From NCBI GenBank assembly GCA_963789465.1, contig CAWBLL010000019.1, positions 580,787-644,786 of the forward strand: a stretch of 64,000 nt of DNA. Direction: 5' to 3'. How positions within the stretch are numbered: position 1 is the first letter of the stretch; the number at the start of each line of letters is the position of its first letter. Made by a program: the position numbers and the translations under genes. Below are positions 61,444 through 64,000 of the stretch, one piece after another. Origin of the DNA: an uncultured Bacteroidales bacterium. Lineage in GTDB: Bacteria; Bacteroidota; Bacteroidia; Bacteroidales; VadinHA17. The notes under the pieces were generated by a model. That model did not search any database. It was not told the origin of the DNA and saw nothing but the letters and a program-made list of their open reading frames with translations.

Positions 61444-63409
61444 CTAATAAACAATCATTTTTTGCGAAGAGATGTCCTGACCTCCTGATGCGACAACCAC
61501 GCTGTAAATTCCGGATCTGAGATTCACCGGAAATTTGATGCCTGAAATTCCCGTTTTTACAACCTTCTCGACAAAAAGCCTTCCTGATACATCAACGATC
61601 TTTAAAACCTGTGGTGAAGATTCAGGATCATTTTTTGAAAAGTTGCTGGCGTATGAAAACGAAATATTAACCATTCTGTGAACAGGATTCGGCTTAATAG
61701 TCAGTGTAATTTCTGGCGATGTTCCGCTTGCCACGGGAGCAGTTACATGGTTTGTTACCGCTTTCGCAGATATTGAAACTGCTGTGCCTCCTGTTGAAGT
61801 CTGCAATGGATTGCTTGCAGGTTTTGTATATGATAAATTAATGACATCACCTGATTTAATTGCACTTGCCAGAGTAAGCTTTACAGTATTTTCGGTAATT
61901 GCTACGACATTCACAGCCATGGCAGCCGAGTTAACCTGAATATTGAAGGCAGATGTTGCAGGTATTATCTGTGCATTGAGACTTAAGTCATATGTTATCA
62001 CGAGCTGGGCTGGAGCCGTATTCTCAACGACACCTGATTTAAATACTGGAGCTGTACTTACAGGGGGAGTGGTGGCAGCTGATTGCTGTTCAAATGCTCC
62101 AAGGTCAGGCGCGTTCCCGTTGAAGGCAAGCCCGGCGCTGACGCCTTTGTCGATCAGATCGGATCCGGCAACAAGGTGCAGGAACTGAATAGTTGGCAGG
62201 CTTCCGTCTGATTGCCTGGAATTGGCAAGTTCATTTCCATCTGTACTTGCAAAATCCGCCGCGGTAACGGTAACCCCTGTTGCAGCGTCCCAGCTGTTAT
62301 TTGCAGAGACCCTTGCTGCATAAAAAGTTCCCCCGTGAAGGTTTTCCACTCCATCGCCAAAAGCGATATTGTTTTTCAATATATCTGCCACCTCAAACGC
62401 ACTGGCATCTCCGGGCCATCCGAAGGAAAAGCCCCATGAATGGTTTGCGTAACTTATGTTGTTGTAGAATTCTTTTTTCACTTTGGCTGATTCCTGAGAA
62501 AATCCCCTCTGCCTGTTATTATATGCAACGCAGTTGGTTGAGTATCTTTTTGTTACTCCGGTATAATTCTGTCCGTCAAAGCCATACTTGAAACCATTTC
62601 CATCACCTGCAGTTGTAACTCCGTCAGATTTGTATCCATTATGCCAGGCCCAGCATCCGGTAAGGTAGTAGATCCCGCTGTATCCTGAATACTGATACAT
62701 GTCAAATCCGTCATCTGAGTTGTCCCATGACCTGCATCCCGTGAGCCTTATGATGTAATCGCCACCTCCATATCTTCCAAATCCTATGTCAAAACCGTCG
62801 GCGTTATCACCAGGTGTGCCAGTGTATGGATCATAATTGGAATAGGCGTCACAATTCAGAAAATTATTTTCATCGCCATCCGGGACCCTTGTACCAAACC
62901 CAGGCCCTCCATTATGATGTGCTGAACAGTTTTCAATAAGATTGTGATTTCCGCTGTAAAGTTCCAGCCCCTCACCAACCAAACCGGATGTTGCCTCATC
63001 TACTCTCGTTATATCCAGTCCTTTTACGTGCCAGTAACTGCAGCTGGTGAGCAATATTCCTCTTCGTTCAAGGTTGCTGGTAAGGTTGCGGCAGTCCAGA
63101 ACCGGTTTTTCTCCAGGATAATTATATACCTGGTACTGTTTGGAGGAACTTCCCCGCTTACCATTTACATACACGCCGCATGCAGTAGTACTTTCCTCCG
63201 GTACCGGTAGTTGAAGTTGCAATATAGGTTCCTCCCCTTATATACAGGATATCGCCGGGAGATATTGAAGCGAATCCTTTTTGCCATGTCGCCCAGGGTT
63301 GAGTTATCGTGCCCGGATTATTATCGTTTCCATTGGTTGCCACATAATATTCTGTTGCATTAAGGACAACAGGAAGGCATAAAAATAAAATAAATATAGC
63401 TTTTTTCAT
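61444..63409 (-). CDS. Pectate-lyase-like right-handed beta-helix protein with an Ig-like module and a T9SS type-A CTD, frame break about 63185-63225
   Basis: ATG 63409 gives MKKAIFILFLCLPVVLNATEYYVATNGNDNNPGTITQPWATWQKGF...ILYIRGGTY (signal peptide plus the typical beta-helix lyase N-terminus). It continues in ORF 61444..63222 with NADGFDIGF, DDGFDMY, GDGNGFKYG, then LSYTKPASNPLQTSTGG, and the CTD LTIKPNPVHRMVNISF...KIVDVSGRLFVEK...GIYSVVVASGG. Confidence 0.75.
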
Positions 63410-63421
63410 CTAATAAAATTT

Positions 63422-63460
63422 AATTATTTGACTAACACATGAAATTATTTGACTAACACA
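63422..63460. repeat. Two identical 18-nt direct repeats (AATTATTTGACTAACACA) with a 21-bp period
   Basis: Positions 63422-63439 and 63443-63460 are identical. They lie 13-51 nt upstream of the ATG at 63409 (minus-strand gene), in a 460-nt very AT-rich intergenic region. Confidence 0.9.
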
Positions 63461-63869
63461 ATTTATTAAACGATATGTCTATTTATTTATTACACTAATT
63501 TTTTTTTATTTTTTTTTATTTATGACGTAAATCTGAATGAAATCCGCTATTAATGCAGCTAAGCAAATAATGGGCCCGTTGAATAAAAAAAATATTTTTT
63601 TTTCCGTACAAAACAGGTAAGACAATCTATTTAGCTGAAATTCAGTTCAAAGGAAATAGTTTATTATTTTTTTGACAGTTATTCTATGAATCGGGCATGA
63701 ATTTCCGGATAACAATATAATTTTTACATGCCCGTTCTTAATTTCGTATGCAACATTTTAGAGAAAGCGTGTCTGCATTCCAATGATGCATTAAATTTTT
63801 TTTACTAATGGAAACAGTGGTTATTCGACTGAATGAATGACGCTGCATAAAAACGTCTTAATGTAAAAT

Positions 63870-64000
63870 ATGAAAGCTATGAAAATTAAAACTATTTCAC
63901 TTGGTATACTATTAGTTGCGGCAATTGTCTCATGCAAGAAAGAGGATATGTCCGATCCCCTGGCAACTGAAGTAATGTGGCTGAGCAGCCTGGAATTGGA
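63870..64000 (+). CDS. Lipoprotein, N-terminal 43 codons only (continues beyond the window)
   Basis: The ATG at 63870 gives MKAMKIKTISLGILLVAAIVSCKKEDMSDPLATEV..., with lipobox IVSC. The ORF is open to the window edge. Confidence 0.5.
   Translation, partial: MKAMKIKTISLGILLVAAIVSCKKEDMSDPLATEVMWLSSLEL

Noticed and set aside
1-64000. Search for mobile elements, prophage, toxin-antitoxin or defence islands
   Set aside because: I found no integrase, transposase, recombinase, phage structural gene, restriction-modification gene, cas gene or typical toxin gene on either strand. The only accessory-looking patch (30.0-31.0 kb) is a decayed SPFH/RHH/Zn-ribbon cluster.

Overview
This is a moderately AT-rich chromosomal segment with the hallmarks of a Bacteroidota genome. 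The evidence is T9SS type-A and type-B C-terminal sorting domains, a FeoA-FeoB fusion, a BT_3928-type DoxX protein and TAnnTTTG -7 promoter boxes. I count roughly 50 protein-coding genes, mostly housekeeping.

- **Housekeeping genes:** ugd (partial), rpsA, rnz, guaA, an S41 protease, a THUMP RNA methyltransferase, clpB, gcvT, serC, serA, yggS, uvrA, rsmE, tpiA, tmk, folP, cdaA, feoAB and prfC.
- **Small signalling genes:** two STAS proteins, an Hpt protein, a SiaB/SiaC-like kinase-phosphoprotein pair and an ECF sigma factor.
- **Other notable genes:** a TerB-like/ABCG-type transporter and a ~1500-aa secreted protein of unknown function.
- **Right-hand end:** glycan-degradation and surface genes, namely GH78, GH92, a transglutaminase-like lipoprotein, a type-B T9SS adhesin, two paralogous T9SS beta-helix proteins and a tetraheme cytochrome c.
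- **Not found:** no rRNA, tRNA, CRISPR array, transposase/integrase, prophage or recognisable defence system.

The dominant technical feature is at least 17 reading-frame breaks, many in essential genes and several at homopolymers. I read these as consensus indel errors rather than biology, so fragmented ORFs are merged into single genes below. One small cluster (SPFH / Arc-like / Zn-ribbon, 30.0-31.0 kb) does look truly decayed.

I see no clear-cut new system. The best candidates for novelty are:
1. An orphan SiaB/SiaC-like partner-switch pair next to a TerB-like-ABCG fusion.
2. An Hpt-STAS bicistron.
3. A gcvT / ComB-like phosphatase / serC / serA / DUF1015 / yggS co-directional cluster.
4. 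A two-block heptamer-repeat architecture found in two unlinked intergenic regions.
5. A perfect 18-bp tandem duplication that forms a start-overlapping uORF in front of feoAB.

All functional calls come from reading the translations by eye; no database search was possible.
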